Positions 49,392 to 64,000 of a DNA stretch of 64,000 bases are shown here, piece by piece. Position 1 is the first letter of the stretch. Each line of letters opens with the position of its first letter. This DNA comes from Lytechinus pictus. Lineage: Eukaryota. The notes beneath the pieces were generated by a model that saw nothing but the letters and a program-made list of their open reading frames with translations, was not told where the DNA came from and searched no databases. Location of the stretch: positions 8,434,001 through 8,498,000 of the forward strand of contig NC_087252.1 in NCBI RefSeq assembly GCF_037042905.1, in the 5' to 3' direction. Made by a program: the position numbers and the translations under genes.

Positions 49392-51841
49392 CAGTGTTGT
49401 AGTCAAGGCTCAATCCTCCAAGGCCAAGGACAAGACCAATGCTTTAATACCCAAGGCCAAGGCTTCAATACTCAAGGCCGAGGCCAAGGCATGCAAACCC
49501 AAGGCCAAGGCCAAGGCATGAAAACCTCAAGGCCAATGCCAAGGCATTTCAAACTTTCAATACATGTATATGGAACAATGAGACAACAATGCTTAGGCGG
49601 TGGACATGACACACGGGGCAAAATGTATTAAAGGTGTGAGCGAGCGAAAATTTTGACCCTTGTACATGTAAAACAAAAATAATTTCATGATAGATTTAGA
49701 CATTATTAAAATAATAATGTAGTTACCTTTGTACATTTAATACATTATTTTTCTAGGTGATTTACATTGCAATTATCATTACCACGGTCATCTGATCCTG
49801 GCATGCCCATTATCAACGTATGTCTTTCTCCACTCCCTGGGACAGGGGAGGCAGAACGTTTTTTTTTTTGAGGGGGGGGGGGTGTCAAAGCCTAAAAATA
49901 CATTTATAAGTCAAAATTAAAGCCTTTTTAAAGTTATTTCTAATTGATAAGACAGATATTTTGATTTAGGCTTTACTTTTCTGCCAGAAAGCGTAGCGAG
50001 CGAGCGGTTTTGAAAAAAAAATCTGAAGTTGTAAAACTCGATTTTCGGTCAATTATGGCGCTAATCACTGTTAAAAGGGCATCTTTGCGAGATGATGCCA
50101 GCACGAACCGCAAGCTCAAACTTCTGGACATTTCGTGTAATGAGAAATGAAAATTAAATATTCCAAGCTGTTTTTGTAATCATGAAAAAGTGCATCTTAC
50201 TAAAGAATTAATGCGAACGCGAAGCACGAGCTAAAATTTTACTGACCAGAAAAGGAAGCTGTTCTGGACTCAATTTAGTGACTCATAAATAGGATACATT
50301 AAACTCACCAATCAAATAATGCGAGCGCAAAGCGCGAGCTCAAAAATTTGTGATATTCTAACCTGATAACTGGACATTCTACGCATTTTTTTTGTAAATG
50401 GGAACAGAATGAGTACCTTACTTAACAATAATTTATGCGAGCGCAATCAAAAATTTGGTGATTTTTTTTATCTAAAATGTATTATGTTTTACTATAAAAA
50501 ATGTATTTCTTTTAAAAAAAGGGCACATTTGATTTGGAAAAAAGGGCATTTTCGATTTCGGAAAACGGGAATTTTTTCCTACAGGGAATTTGTCGGGGGG
50601 GGGGGGGGGGGGGGGGGTAAGAGAGCACAAAGCGCAAGTTGAAATTTTCAAATGCTGACCTGAAAATGAGTCATTTTTAGGACTCTTGTCAGTCCTCATG
50701 TTTTTTTTCTTCTGCTTACAACCAATATTAAATTTCAATTCTCTTTTCTTGTATCTTCTATTAATTTACCTCAAAAACTGGATTAAAGAATACTAAAAAA
50801 TAAAGTTATATTCAAAAGGATATAAAATAAACGGGGCACACCCCACACCATTAATTGGGGAGGTCAAATCTTAATTATTTCTTAAAACAATAAAATAGAG
50901 TTTTCTATGAAACCACACTGACACAAAAACAAATATTTTGTTTCCTTGAAACTGTAGTGAAATGAAATTCACCGTCGAACCATATGATTAAAAACAAGTA
51001 ATCTTTTTTTTTACTCTGTTTTGTCAATCTGAGACACTATACCCCCCAAAAAAAAAATTAGATGTACTGCCTATCAACATATTAACTGATTTAGCAGTAT
51101 ATTCTGCCAAACCAGCCTCCCCCTTCTCTCTGTCTCTCTTCCCATTCCTCTGTCTTGCATGTTGTGTTCAAGTTTACCAAATCTTTTCAGAATATCATTA
51201 AGACTTAAAACATTCTTGTTGGTCAAAGATAATACGAGGAAAATCCTAATGGAATAGAAATCAACCTTTTTATCATTCTTTGGAGTTACATGTAGCTATT
51301 CTGAAAGTATGAAATTGTTGTCAAAATTGCAGTCAGATCTGTCAGAATTATTCCTGTCATAAAATCACTATAATCTTCATCATTATCATTATTATTGATT
51401 GTGCCATTATCATCATTTTTAAACAACATATTACCAATAAATAATGTTATTTTTCATCACTTCTGTTTTCTTTGTTACTTAAGTATGTGATGATAATTCT
51501 TGATAATTAAAATCGATGGTACTGCTAAGTACACTTACTACTGCTGCTGCTACTGCTACTGCTGACTGGTAGTATTGACCATTAGTGTCATTAGATATAC
51601 AGAACAATTTAAACACGTAACTACTTATATAAAAACAAATAAAAGTACAAAATATAAAATGCCTTGAAAAAGCATTGAAAAAGCCTTGAAAATGCCTTGA
51701 AATTTCAAGGCTCAAAATCCTCAAGGCCAAGGCCAAGGCCCTCTCAAGGCCAAGGCTCGAATGTTCAAGGCCAAGGCTTTGAAAAAGTAGGCCTTAATGC
51801 GCCTTAAGGCCAATGCCGAGCATCAAGGCACTACAACACTG
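49392..51841. mobile_element. Non-autonomous hAT element with CAAGGC subterminal repeats
   Basis: TIRs cagtgttgtagt / actacaacactg; perfect 8-bp TSD ccttcctc (49384-49391, 51842-51849). Confidence 0.9.
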
Positions 51842-52954
51842 CCTTCCTCCAACCACAACAGCCAACGTATGGGTCATGATAAGATACATGTCTTTGGAAT
51901 TTTGTTCCATGCATAATAGAACTTTACTCCGACTATATTGTATTGTATTCTCTTTTATTCATTCAATCAAGGTTTATGAAATATGAGAAATAAAGACTAA
52001 AACGAGATAATATATAAAGTTATATCAAAATCAAACATAAATATGAACAAAAATGAGTTAATAAACTAGGATCCAATGCATGTGAACTAGGCTAAAGACT
52101 TGTTGGTTGTGCTTTGTCCTGAAGTACATTTGACAATACATATTATTTCTTTTTGAATTCGTCATACGCTCCCTTTTCTCCATTGTTTGACAATAATAGT
52201 TGACAGTTTGTTGTGAGGCGGCTAACTATGACTACCGCAGATGTTATTATGTCTATACACTATGTTGAAGAGAAAAATCTTCTTCTCACCTTTTTCTTGT
52301 TTTCTTTCGGGTCGGGCCAGCCGTCAAAAGGCTGTAAATTACACATCATTGGTATAATACCTCTTTCTTACTTTTCTTTCTTTTTTATCGTTTCTATCAG
52401 GTTTAAAGAGTGCACTTTTTCCCGCAGGTTGCCAAAGGGGGGGGGGGGGGGGCGGGGCCGGCTCGGCCCCCTCCTGGATCCGCGCCTGCACACGCATGCA
52501 ATGTTATCATCCTAATTCCGCATATCGCTATCTTTCCTATTATTTCAAAGATGTTTATTTTTTTCATTGAGGATTCATTCAGACACAACTACTCATGATA
52601 CATTTTTGTATGGGAAAGAAATACTCGTGCTTAATTCACTCAAAGAAGAAACTTAAATAGACTAGTAATGACAAAAAAGTAGAAAATACGAGTCCTGCCA
52701 TTGGCGTAACAGGTGGGGCAGGGGGGGGGGGAAGCTGCCCCCTTGGCGGATATTTGAGAAAGAACAATTCATTCCGAAATAGGCAAATGTAATGCAATAG
52801 CACGGTGGGAAATAAATTAAAAGATGACAAATGGCAAACAATAGCGGGAAATGAAGGTAGAATGAAATAAGTCAAAAGCTAATTTGGAAAACAAAGAAAA
52901 GGGACAAGAAAAAAGATAACACGACCGGGCTGCATGCCGATGATTGAAATTAAA

Positions 52955-55260
52955 GAGCGGGAAGAAAGATGGACTGCATACAACATTGTGCTATAAGCTT
53001 GCTAAATTTTATGCAAATAAGCTACCGGGGCTTTGCCCCAGACCGCATGCAGTAGGGGCTCTTCATTTATAACCTTCAAATGGCTCTATAACGCCCCCCG
53101 TTCAGTCACTGGCATACAGGCGCGGAAGGGGGGGGGGGGGCTTGGTTCTACACCCAAGAGGAAATAAAAGAAATTATAGGAGACAACGTATAATGATATA
53201 AATGGTAACAATGAAATGTGTTATTTGCTGAATATAATGGAAGAATCTACCCCATGATTAGAATTTAATTTCAATAGGCAGGGATAGGCAATTTTTTTTC
53301 CCAGCTCGCTCCGCACGCCGGCGACTTTTTACAAAATTTTCCGACATTGCTATGTTTTGCCCCCTCAAAATATTTGGTTCAATACGCTACTGGGTTGAAT
53401 GAATGTCTTGTGTAAAAGCTATATTCTGTATATGCCCGCGATTTGATAAAAATAGCGGCAATCTGCGAGGTTTAAATGGCTTTGATATCAAGAAGTTCTT
53501 GGGGCTCTGCCCCGGACCCCAACCGCACAGCACTGCGTATGGAAAGGTTGAACCATGGCCCCAAAAAGTTCTACAGACAAGAACAAAAAAGGAGGAAAGA
53601 AAGGCAAAGGAAAAGTGTAGGATATGATTTTATTTACTGAATATAATGTCAAAAAATAGCTCAAAGTTAGATTCTCATGAAAAGGTGATTTTTTTCTCGC
53701 TCGCTTCGCTCGCTCGTGTCTTATATAAAGCAGCTTTTTAGCACATTTGCTATACTGCGCCCCTCGTTTTTTTACTCATCACGCTACTGCCGCAAAGAAT
53801 CCTGTTCACAGTGGCGTACAGACCACAAAAAGGAATCTAAAGAGAGAGGAGTAAAGTCTATTATTCTCTGGATATCGTGTCCAAATCTATCACAAAATTT
53901 GATTTTTGTATTAAAAATATCAAATTTTTTGCTTGCTCGCTTCGCTCGCTCGCAACTTTTATTTAAGATAAATTCTGCCCGATACGCAATATCTGGCCTT
54001 CTCAAAACATTCGCCTTATTACACCATTACGCCTGTTCATACCAAAATATGACCGGGAAATTTTTGGCTCTTGCCCCCCCCCCCCCCCCCTGGCCACCGA
54101 CCCCTGTTACGCCGCTGGCGGGAAGAAAGATGAACTGCATACAACATTGTGCTATACGCTTTCTAAATTTTACGCAAATAAGCTAACGGGGCTTTGCCCT
54201 GGACTCCACGCAGTAAGGGCTCTTTATCTATAACCATCAAATGGCTCTATAAGGGTCTTGGTTCCACACCCAAGAGCAAAAAAAAAAAATTATAGGAGAC
54301 AACGTAAAATGAAATGAATGGAAAAAATGAAATGTGTTTTTTGCTGAATATAATGGAAAAATATTCCAATAGGCATTTTTTTACAGGTCGCTTTGCACGC
54401 TGGCGACTTTAAACAAATTTAATTCTATTCAATTTACTTTGTTCCCATCCATTAAAAAGGTACAATAAACAATATTATATGAACAATAAAAAACAACATG
54501 CAGTGGATGTAGGAAGTAAATTTTCCCACATTGCTATGTTTTCCCCCCTCAAATGGGTCGAATAAATGTGTTGTGTAAAAGCTATATTCTGTATATACCC
54601 GCGATTTGATTAAAATAGAGGCAATCTGCGAGGTTTAAATGGCTTCGATATCAAGAAGTTCCGGGGCTCGGCACCGGACCCCACCCGCAAAGCACTGCCG
54701 TATATGAGTATGGAAGGGTTGGGCCATTGGCCACCAAAACTTCTACAAACAACAACAAAAAAAGGAGGAAAGAAAAGCAAACGAAAAGTGTAGGATATCA
54801 TTTTATTTTATCAATATAATTTCAAATATATCTCAAAGCTAGATTCTCATGAAAAGGTTATTTTGTTCTCGCTCGCTTCGCTCGCTCGGGACTTATATTT
54901 AGCCGCTTTTTATCGCATGTGTCATCTGCGCCCCTCGTTTTTTTTTGTTACTCTTCACGCTACTGTCGCAAAGAATCCTGTTCTCAGTGGCGTACAGACC
55001 ACAAAAAAGGAATGGAAAGAGAAAAGAGTGAAATATATTATTTTCTGGATATCATGTAAAAATCTATCACAAAATTTGATTTTTGTATTAAGATATAAGA
55101 TCAAAATTTTGGCTTGCTCGCAACTTTTTTTAAAAGATAAATTCTGCCGGATACGCAATATCTGGCCCTCTCAAAATAGTCGCCTCATTACACCATTACG
55201 CCTGTTCATACTATGATATGACCGGGAAATTTTTGGCTCTTGCCCCCCCCCCCCACTCGC
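52955..55260 (+). repeat. Tandem duplication of a ~1.15-kb composite MITE region
   Basis: gcgggaagaaagatg.actgcatacaacattgtgcta at ~52957 and ~54118; both units end gaccgggaaatttttggctcttgcccc. Confidence 0.75.
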
Positions 55261-56439
55261 CACATTCTCTCTTTATTGATTTTTTAACAGATGCTTGTCA
55301 TTTACGGAGCATATACGCCACGTTGATAATTTGGGGAATTCCAATATGACGACACGGTCATGTGAACGCGGGTCAAATGTTACGTGGTTTTCCCCGTAGA
55401 AATGATAGTTTTCTTCCAGACTACTGCTATTATTATAGGTTTCCTACATTTCATATTTAAAAGTGTAGTATAGGCTGCAAATGATATGATTTGAAGAAAA
55501 AGGGCAAATCAGTCAAACAAAACACTGAAATTTCATCAGAATCGGACAGAATCATAAGTAAAAGAGTGCTGATATATGAAAACTTATTTCATATTTCGGT
55601 CAAACCGTTCTATATGCATGTCTTCATGTATATGCAATGAGCAAGCTGATGATGTCATACCCCACCTATTCTTTTGTATCATATTACATGAAATTATATT
55701 TAGTCATTTTTCCACCAAGAATTAAAACAATGACAACTCTACTAATCGTTTTGATATTCATTGCTGCAACTTAGATCAGTCATAAGGAATACATATCACA
55801 CACACAAGTATGAAAATATGAGAAAATTTACGATTTTATGTAATAACATGTTGTTGAAAATAATTGACCTTCGGAAAATTCCCTCATGAAATGCACCCTT
55901 TTTATTGCTTGAAGAGAACGTTCTTTTAAACATTTCGTTTAATGAGTAAAACATTTTGTTGATATTATTGATCCAATACTTGCACTACAACCAGTAGCGT
56001 ACACGGGAGGGGGGGGGGGATACAGGGGTTCGACCCCCTGAATTTATTTTTGGAACCCTTTTTGTAAGCAGGGAGGTGGTTACATTGGTTCACCCCCCTA
56101 ATTTTTTTTCGAAACCATTTATTTGTCAAATTTGTCTGGTACGAAAACTTCCTTCAATTTTTGTTGAAAACACTTTTTACTTTGCTCGTCAACTTTTCGT
56201 TCAGCTTGAAACGCCCCTTTTAAAAATCCTGCGTATACTACCGACTACAACTTTATTATTGGGGACATCCCGATAGTCTGCGGGTCCGATTGTCCGGAGT
56301 GTGTGTAAAATTATGATCAGATATATCAAATGTCATCGAGAGGTCCAAAGGCCAAATGATACGAGACCATGGGGTTCTATCCAGGTGCTGATCCATGGGG
56401 GGCCGAGGGGGAACTGCCTCACCCCCCACCCCCAGCTCA

Positions 56440-57085
56440 AAAAAGGGGGGAAGAGGGGAAAAGGGAGAGAATGAAAAGAGAGAGAGGAAGATGGGAAAAG
56501 AAGAGAATAGAAAAGAGAGTAAGAGGGAGAAACGAAGAGAAGAAAAAAAAAGAGGGAAAAGGGGGAAAGGAAAGACAAAGAAAAGGGGAGAAAAAAGGGA
56601 GAAAGAAGAGAAAAAAAGAGAGGAGGGAAAAGTAAGAGAATAAAAGAAAGGAGAAAGGAAAAGGAGGAAAAAGAAGAAAAAAGAGGAAGGAAGAGAAGAA
56701 TATTTAAATAGAGAGGAAGATGGGAAGAAAGATAAGAAAAAGAGAGAGAGAGGAAGAGGGGAAAAGAAGAGAAGAAAAAGAGAGAGGGGGAAGGAGAGGG
56801 AGAGAAGAAAAAAGAGAAAATAAAGGAAAGGTGAGAAAGAAAAGACGGAAAAAAGAGAAGAAAATAGAAAAAGGAAAGATGGGGAAAAAGAGAAGAAAAG
56901 GGGGAAAGGAAGACAAGAACAAATAGAAGAAAAGGAGAAAATAAAGAGAAGAAAAAGAGAAAGAGAGGAGGAAGGAAAAGAAGAGAAGAAGAAAAGGGGA
57001 GAGGAAGAGGGGGAAAGAAAGAAAGAGAAAGTAAGGGGAATGAGGATAAGATAGAAAAAAGAATAGGAGATGGGAAACGAAAGAG
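56440..57085 (+). repeat. Purine-rich (GA) low-complexity tract
   Basis: About 640 bp that is almost entirely A/G. Confidence 0.9.
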
Positions 57086-59375
57086 GGAGATGTTGACCCG
57101 GACGTCGATTTGATGTTCGAACTAGGCGGCGCCAAAATGACGTTCGATCTATCAGGCGCCGATCTGATGTTTGAACTGGGAGGGGGCGCCAAATTGATGC
57201 TCGAACTATGGGAGCGCCGAATTGATGTTCGAGATAGCGGGACACCAAATAGATGTTCGAACTAGGGGAGCGCTAATTTGAATTTTGACCATAATGCGAC
57301 AAATACATGTTTCAGAGGGAGGGGGGGGGACGGCAAATTGACCTTGAACTTAGGGGGCTTCATGCAAATTCATTTTCGACCGGGGGCGCAACATTGCTCG
57401 TATTGCCTGTTCATAGTGAAATATATGTCCTGCCCCAAAAGCTTAAATTAATGCGGCTGAATTAAAATATCCCGTGTTTACGATAATAAACAAAAACAAT
57501 GTTTTCGAGTTTTAAGTCTTTTTAGCGAGATCCTGTTCAGGGTCACAAAAAGGGTTTTTATCAAATTCAGCTCGCGCTACGCGCTCGCAATATTTCATCA
57601 ATGAGGTATGCATCCTCTGCCTCAATCCCACATGTAAGTGTTAGTGTTTTTCAAGTCAACATACATAGGTCGATCCAAGGGGCAAAGATTTTGCCCCCCC
57701 CCCCCCCATGGTGGCGGAAAAAAGGGGTAAGAAACAGAAAAAAGAATAGAAAAAGGACAAGCAATTGAAATAGGAATTATTCCTTAGTCCTTCTTAAGTC
57801 AGTATATATAAAAATTGAGCTCGCGCTTCGCGCTGGTATCAATAAATTGTTTATATATATACGCATCCCGACCTCACAGTTTTTTTTAATGCGAACGAAA
57901 AGCACAAGCTGAAAATATATGATATTCTAACCCGACAACTGAAAATGTATTTTTCATTTCATCATTATAAAATTTTTCAGCTAGCGCTTCGCGCTCGCAT
58001 TCATTTCTTAATATATATATGCATCGTGTTCATCATAACAACTACTAACATAGGCGGATCCAGGGGGCCCGAGGGCCCCTCCCCCTATTGACGGAGCAAA
58101 TAAATTGGGAAAAACGGGGAAAGAAAGAAAAAAGAAGGGGAACGATAGGAAAAAAAACCCCGAAACATAAAAGGAGGAAGACGGGTAAATAAAATAAGGT
58201 CAGGAGAAGACTTGGAAAATAATTTTTGAAAATATTTAATGTCACTATATTAAAATTTCGCTCGCGCATCACGCTCGCATTGCCTGTTCGATGAGATACA
58301 TATCTCGGTCAATATAGGCTGATATATAGTTCAAAATATCAAGTTTTGAAGTCAATATACAAAACATAATTCAGCTCGGACATCAACCTTTCATTTTTGT
58401 TTGTTTTATTTACCAATTTATTTTTTTAAGTGCTCTGGAAAATGTCCGTTTCATGGTGTGAATCAACATTTGCAACATTTTGTGCGCTAGCATTATTTGC
58501 TAAGTAGGCCTAACTATTGTCTTTTTGTATTTCATATAAAAAGGCCTATGCTAACGCTGTGCTCTCGCATTTTGGTGAGTTATGTACACCTATATATTAA
58601 TTTTATAACAAACTACTTAAATTCCCCCCCATTTAAAAATTTCAGATCGCGATTTGCGCTCGCGTTATTTGCTAAAAACATATCAACCAATGAATCCTAT
58701 TCATGATTACAAAAATACTTAAAATTTCCAGTTTTCATGCCTCATACACTGTCAACACATTTCACTTATTTATTAGGCGTATTAGATTAATAAATGTGAA
58801 ACAAAATTTTTATGAATTCATAATAACTAAATTGTCCCTTTTTCATAAATAAATATCGACAAGTTATAGGAAAAGAAATATAAGATAGTCATCATTCTTA
58901 TATGATGACAAAATATTCTTAGGCCTAAAATGTCTCGATGCTAGGTTAAAATAATAATAAAATATCAGCTCACGCTTCGCGCTCGCATCATTTATTTAGT
59001 GCTATCCACATCGACGTCACAATTTCCCTATATACACAGTGCTGTAAGTAGTGCTTAAATTTACTCATTTCATATCGGAATTTCAAATATTATTTTCAAC
59101 TCGCGCTCTGCGCTCGCATTATTGATTTTCATGATGAAAAATGAAATGTATTCAGAATGAAGATTCTGTCCAACTCTAAAACACGCGCACTCATGTTTTT
59201 TTTAGATACGCAGCATGATCTTATTGAAAACGTACTAAAATTTTCCAGTTTCAAATCAGAATATCAAAAATTTTCTGCTCGCGCTTTGCGCTCGCATTAT
59301 GAAAATACCAAAAATTACCCATCCTTTTTCATAATTGACAAAACATGACTCGAGTGTCCCGTTGGGGGTTTGACA

Positions 59376-60515
59376 TTTATTTATTTTATTTTATTTTATT
59401 TTTTTAGATTTTATTCTATTGTAACATATTTAATCAGGATAAAGATAAAACATGATCAGCCGAGGCTGTTTTACATCATGGTCCTGTCAACACACACAAA
59501 ATATATACAATGTATAAACATTATTTCTAAAAAGGAGTAAATTACAATGGCTCACAATATAAAAAGATTTATAAGTGGTCTTACCTAGAAGAAGATCAGG
59601 ATAAAAGAAAGAAGAGAGAGGAAGGTAAGAGAAAGAGGGGGAGGGGGGGGGGATAGGTAGGAGAAGGAAATAAAAGAAGGTCGGTCAATTAGAAAACAAT
59701 ACATATCATTTCATTAAACGACAGCTTTAAAATAATGGCATTTATACATACGTTTAAAAACTTCAAGAGAATTTGCATTTTGAATATCAGATGGAAGGCT
59801 ATTCCAAACCAAGCCACCAGCATATTTAAAACATTCTAGAGTAGGCTTTGGTAAAACTACGTTCAACGTATTGGCAAGTCTAGTATTAACAGAGTGTCTT
59901 TCAAAAACCATTTCCACTTCATTGCACATTCGGACTGGGGTCTTTCCATGAATACAGTTATACATTATACAAGCTAAAAAGTAATCAAGTCTGATATCAA
60001 GAGTTTGCCATTTAAGAGAATTAATTATATTAAGGCCATTATAATCAAATTGCCTGTTACTATGCGTGCAGCCCTTTTCTGTAATCGTAAAAGTGTATTT
60101 CTATAATATAAAGAACAGTTTCCCCATACGGAACAAGAATAATCAAAGTTTGGTTGTATGGTGCATTTATATATTTTATTCAAAACATCCTTGCTTAAAA
60201 ATTTACTAATTTTCATTACTGTGAATATCTTGTAACTTAAAGATTTAATTAAATATTTTATATGAGCATCCCAGCATAGTTTACAATCTAACATGATGCC
60301 TAGGATTCTTATGATTTGTACTTGTTTAATGATATCATTATTAATATACACCTTAAATTTAAGATCATTATTATTCCTTAAGTTATTGGCCAAAATAATA
60401 ACATTACTTTTCTTCGCTTTAATCCTTAATCTGTTATACTTATACCATTCATTAATAGAAATAAAATCTTCTTGAAGCTTGGATGTTATAACATTAATAT
60501 CTTTATCAGACACAT
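59376..60515 (-). mobile_element. LINE 3' fragment (L2/Crack/CR1 group) with (AAAAT)n tail
   Basis: LGIMLDCKLCWDAHI, IQPNFDYSCSVWG, LQKRAARIVTG, FKYAGGLVWNSLPSDI. Confidence 0.85.
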
Positions 60516-62548
60516 ATATTACCACATATATCAGACAATTCCATATATTCATCTTTTTAGGTTGGAATATCAAAAATGTTCAGCTCGCGCTTCGCGCTCA
60601 CATTACTTAATAGTTGAAATATGTATCGTCTTAATGGATAACTGCAAAACTTCCTTTACAGGTCCCTTTTCGACTAGGCCATAATGCATATTCAACACTT
60701 CTGATCGCGCTTCGCGCTCAAGCTAATTATTTAGTTACATAACGCGTTCTGTTCAGGTTCACAAACATTGCCCAGAATTTTCAATTTTCAGGACAAAATA
60801 CATGAAATTTCATTTTTTAAGCTTGCATAAGGTTTATGAGATTATTACACATTCATGTTGTTTATAAAGTAAAGCTAGGAAATGACTGTTAGGACATGGG
60901 CGTTTTACCCCCCCCAAAAAAAAAAAAATAATAATAATAATAAATAAATAAAATAAAAAAGAATCACGACCAAGAAAAAAAGAAAGTAAAAGAAAGGGAT
61001 TACGATGAAATATGATATTATTTTCCAAATATGTCAAAATCTATCACAACCTTTATTTTTGTAATAAAAATGTCAGCATATTTGCTTGCTCGCTTCGCTC
61101 ACTGGAAACTTCTTATTGATTTTATGCGATACGCCATATCGAGCCCCCTCAAAATTGTTGGCTCATTACGCCACTGGAACAACCCCTTCACAGAAACCAA
61201 ACAAAAAAAATCAACATTGAGCGGCCGATCGGGAAAAATATGGGTGAAAAAATTCGCTCCCCCCTTGCTTATTTGCGGAAGCTGCGCCCCCGGAATTAGG
61301 CTTTCAGGATAAAAATACATGAAAAATAAAAGAAAATCAGATCGTGCTTAGCGTTCTCATTATTTATCTAGGCCTTGTGAAATACCTCAATGTGTTTTTG
61401 AAAATAAAATCTTAGATATTCTTTAACTTCTACCCCCCTCCTCCCCCATTTCATTTATTTTTTTAAATCTTGGTGCCCTCTACAAAAGTTCAACAAGACC
61501 CCCCACCCCCGTGCACCCATGCTGAATAAATACGCCACTAATGAGGAGAATGAGTCGATTGCTTCAAGATTGCATTATTCCAAAGAAGTTATCATTAATA
61601 TTATTGAAGGCTATTCTAAAACAACTAGTAACACACAATATTCTAGTAGGGCCTACTCTGGAGAGAAGTTAAACCAAAATGTCTATCATTATTCACAACT
61701 TTCAGCCCCTACTTTTTTGCAATTGCTCATATACTGTATGTAATAAGGTTATACGTATGCCTACCCTTCTTATCCATGTAGACCTATCTATTTTTTACCA
61801 TTAATAATAAGGTGATCAATAGTGTTTCCATGTTTTTGTATTACGCTGATATTCTTATGTCTTACCCTGTTTTTCGATATATGCCTATTATTATATGCCC
61901 ATTATTGTAATTACCATTTGATCATGTTTTTATACACCAGGACCAAGATGCAAAACAGTAATTTTATCTCTGATCTTGTGAACCTGTTTAAACATTTGTG
62001 AATAAATGAATAAATAATCGAAAGTTGTTCGTAAATTTACCCACAACTTTACGCACAACTAGAGCATGATCTTATGTGCGAAGTGAGCTACATAGGGATA
62101 TTGTGGCACAAGAAAAGTCACCAGTCGTGCGTAAAGTCTTGCGTAACTTTACGAACAGCTTTAGGAAACACCAACCAGGACACACATACACCTCACTCCA
62201 GACTGGTGGTTGAAGACAATTTGTGTAATGGGTGACAATGTGTGGTTCTAGGGGTTCGAGTCTGAGGGTGAACATGATTTTTTTTCACTATCTTTTTTTA
62301 CGATCAATTATAATAATTCTAGTAAATAATAGTTAAAATATTGCAAAATAAACAGATTATAATTACTTTTTTCATATTATCTCTATCTAATCATATCCGA
62401 CTATCTATCCGCTATCTATGTTATAAATCTATCTGTATGTCTATCTGTCTACCTACATGACATATCTACATGTATCTATCTATCTCTCTGTCTAATATAT
62501 ATATCTGTTTGAATATGTCTCTCTCTCCCCATTCTATCTATCTATCCG

Positions 62549-62695
62549 CATAGGCGGCGGAAGCGGGGGACGTGTCCCCCCTAAATTTGAGGTGGGGGGA
62601 CGATCCCCCCTAAATTTTTCGTTGATGACCTTTTTTTTTGCTTGTCAAAAAATTTTGGTGGTCCCCCCTAAATTGTTTGGCTTCCGCCGCCAATG
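62549..62695. mobile_element. hAT-type MITE (family of 3912) inside a (TCTA)n-rich tract
   Basis: cataggcggcggaagc / gcttccgccgccaatg; 8-bp TSD tctatccg. Confidence 0.85.
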
Positions 62696-64000
62696 TCTAT
62701 CCGTATGTCTGTATGTCTGTCTATCTACCTACATTGTACAGTATATCTATCTATCTGCCTATCTATCTGTCTGTCTCATCTCTCTCTATCTATTTATCTA
62801 TCTATCTATATATCTGTCTGTCTATATATCTGTCTATCTATGTTTTATCAATATAACCAACTATCATTTATCTCTCCATCCATCAATCCGTCCATCCATC
62901 TATATATATAATTATCTATCTTATATGTATCTGTTTGAATGTATATGTCTGTTTCTCTATCTATCTTTCAATCTAATATTTATTTAAATATTTTTTATAT
63001 TTATCTATCTATACGACAGACGACCTAATTCGTCCGTATGACGAATTAAAATCTAGTTATTATTATTATACATTTTGTATGAGAAATACTCGTGCATAAT
63101 GACTAGATGAAACTTAAATAGACTAGTAACGACAAAACAGAGAAATACGAGTCCTGCATCTGACGAACATATGGATGGAACTCAATTTTCTCTTTGTTGA
63201 TTTTTGAACAGATGACATTGAAAGGATGTTTGTCATTTACTGCGCACGTACGCCACGTTGATCTGGGGAATTCCAATATGACGACACGGTCATGTGAACG
63301 CGGGTCAAATGTAACGTGGTTTTCCCCGTACAACCAATATTTTTCTTCCAGACTACTGTTTTCTGTTTTTTTTTTTTAGTTCCAGATAAAGGTAAAATTA
63401 CAGGATTCATAAGTTTGGAATCTAGACCATGAGCAATTTCATGTTTAAAAGTGTACTAGGCTGCAAATAATATGATTTGAACAGAAAAGGCAAAATCAGT
63501 CAAACAAAACACTGAAATTTCATCAGAACTCTATTCATCCGTTATATATTCTTTGCTGGAACTTATTTCAGTTATAAGGGAGACATATCATATACACATG
63601 TAGGCCTATATATGATAATATGAGAAAAAAGTACGATTTCATGCAATAACATGTTGTTGAAAAAAATTGACCTTCGGAAAATTCCTCATGAAATGCACCC
63701 CTTTTTATCGCTTGAAGATAACATTCTTTTAAACTGTCATTTGAGTTAAGCATATGGTTGGTATTATTGATAAAATGCTTCCACTACAACTATATTATTA
63801 TATATTACATTTTTACACACTACCTTTTATATTTCATACACTGAATGCAGAAATAAAAGCAAGCAATAAACCAATCAATCAATCAATCAATCAGTTTGCT
63901 TGAGTCCACGACGGCATGTGTTCTAACTACGTACAGCAGCACCCATCCATCTTCTCAGGGCATTCTCCCCCCTTTTTTTTTCTTCTCTTTTTCTGGGGGG

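Noticed and set aside
56256..57248. 330-aa Phe/Ser/Leu-rich ORF and overlapping Lys/Arg/Glu ORFs
   Set aside because: Artefacts of a low-complexity purine tract; the same applies to microsatellite ORFs at 48804-49132 and 62592-62987.

Overview
Eukaryotic, AT-rich, repeat-dense DNA; the repeat repertoire suggests an invertebrate deuterostome such as a sea urchin (inference, not checked). One host gene can be rebuilt on the minus strand from six phase-compatible GT-AG exons spanning ~36 kb (43432 down to 7628). It encodes a type I membrane protein with signal peptide, Ig V domain, Ig C-type domain, TM helix and a charged cytoplasmic tail; its last exon is uncertain. Its introns and flanks are full of mobile DNA. 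(i) A 5'-truncated but young Ngaro-type tyrosine-recombinase retrotransposon (gag-ZnF, RT-RNaseH, YR, split direct repeats B1-A2-B2). It sits antisense a few nt past a splice donor, at a host site that resembles its own palindromic B/A junction. (ii) A (TA)n-associated repeat carrying a complete 72-nt tRNA cloverleaf with a UCA (opal-reading) anticodon and a Pol III terminator. (iii) A near-intact LINE RT at the left edge and decayed Vingi-like and L2/CR1-like LINE fragments. (iv) An Academ-like DNA transposon ~120 bp upstream of the predicted host start codon. (v) Many hAT, Tc1, Harbinger, Kolobok and Helentron-type non-autonomous elements and SINEs. All family calls come from motif recognition by eye, not from database searches.
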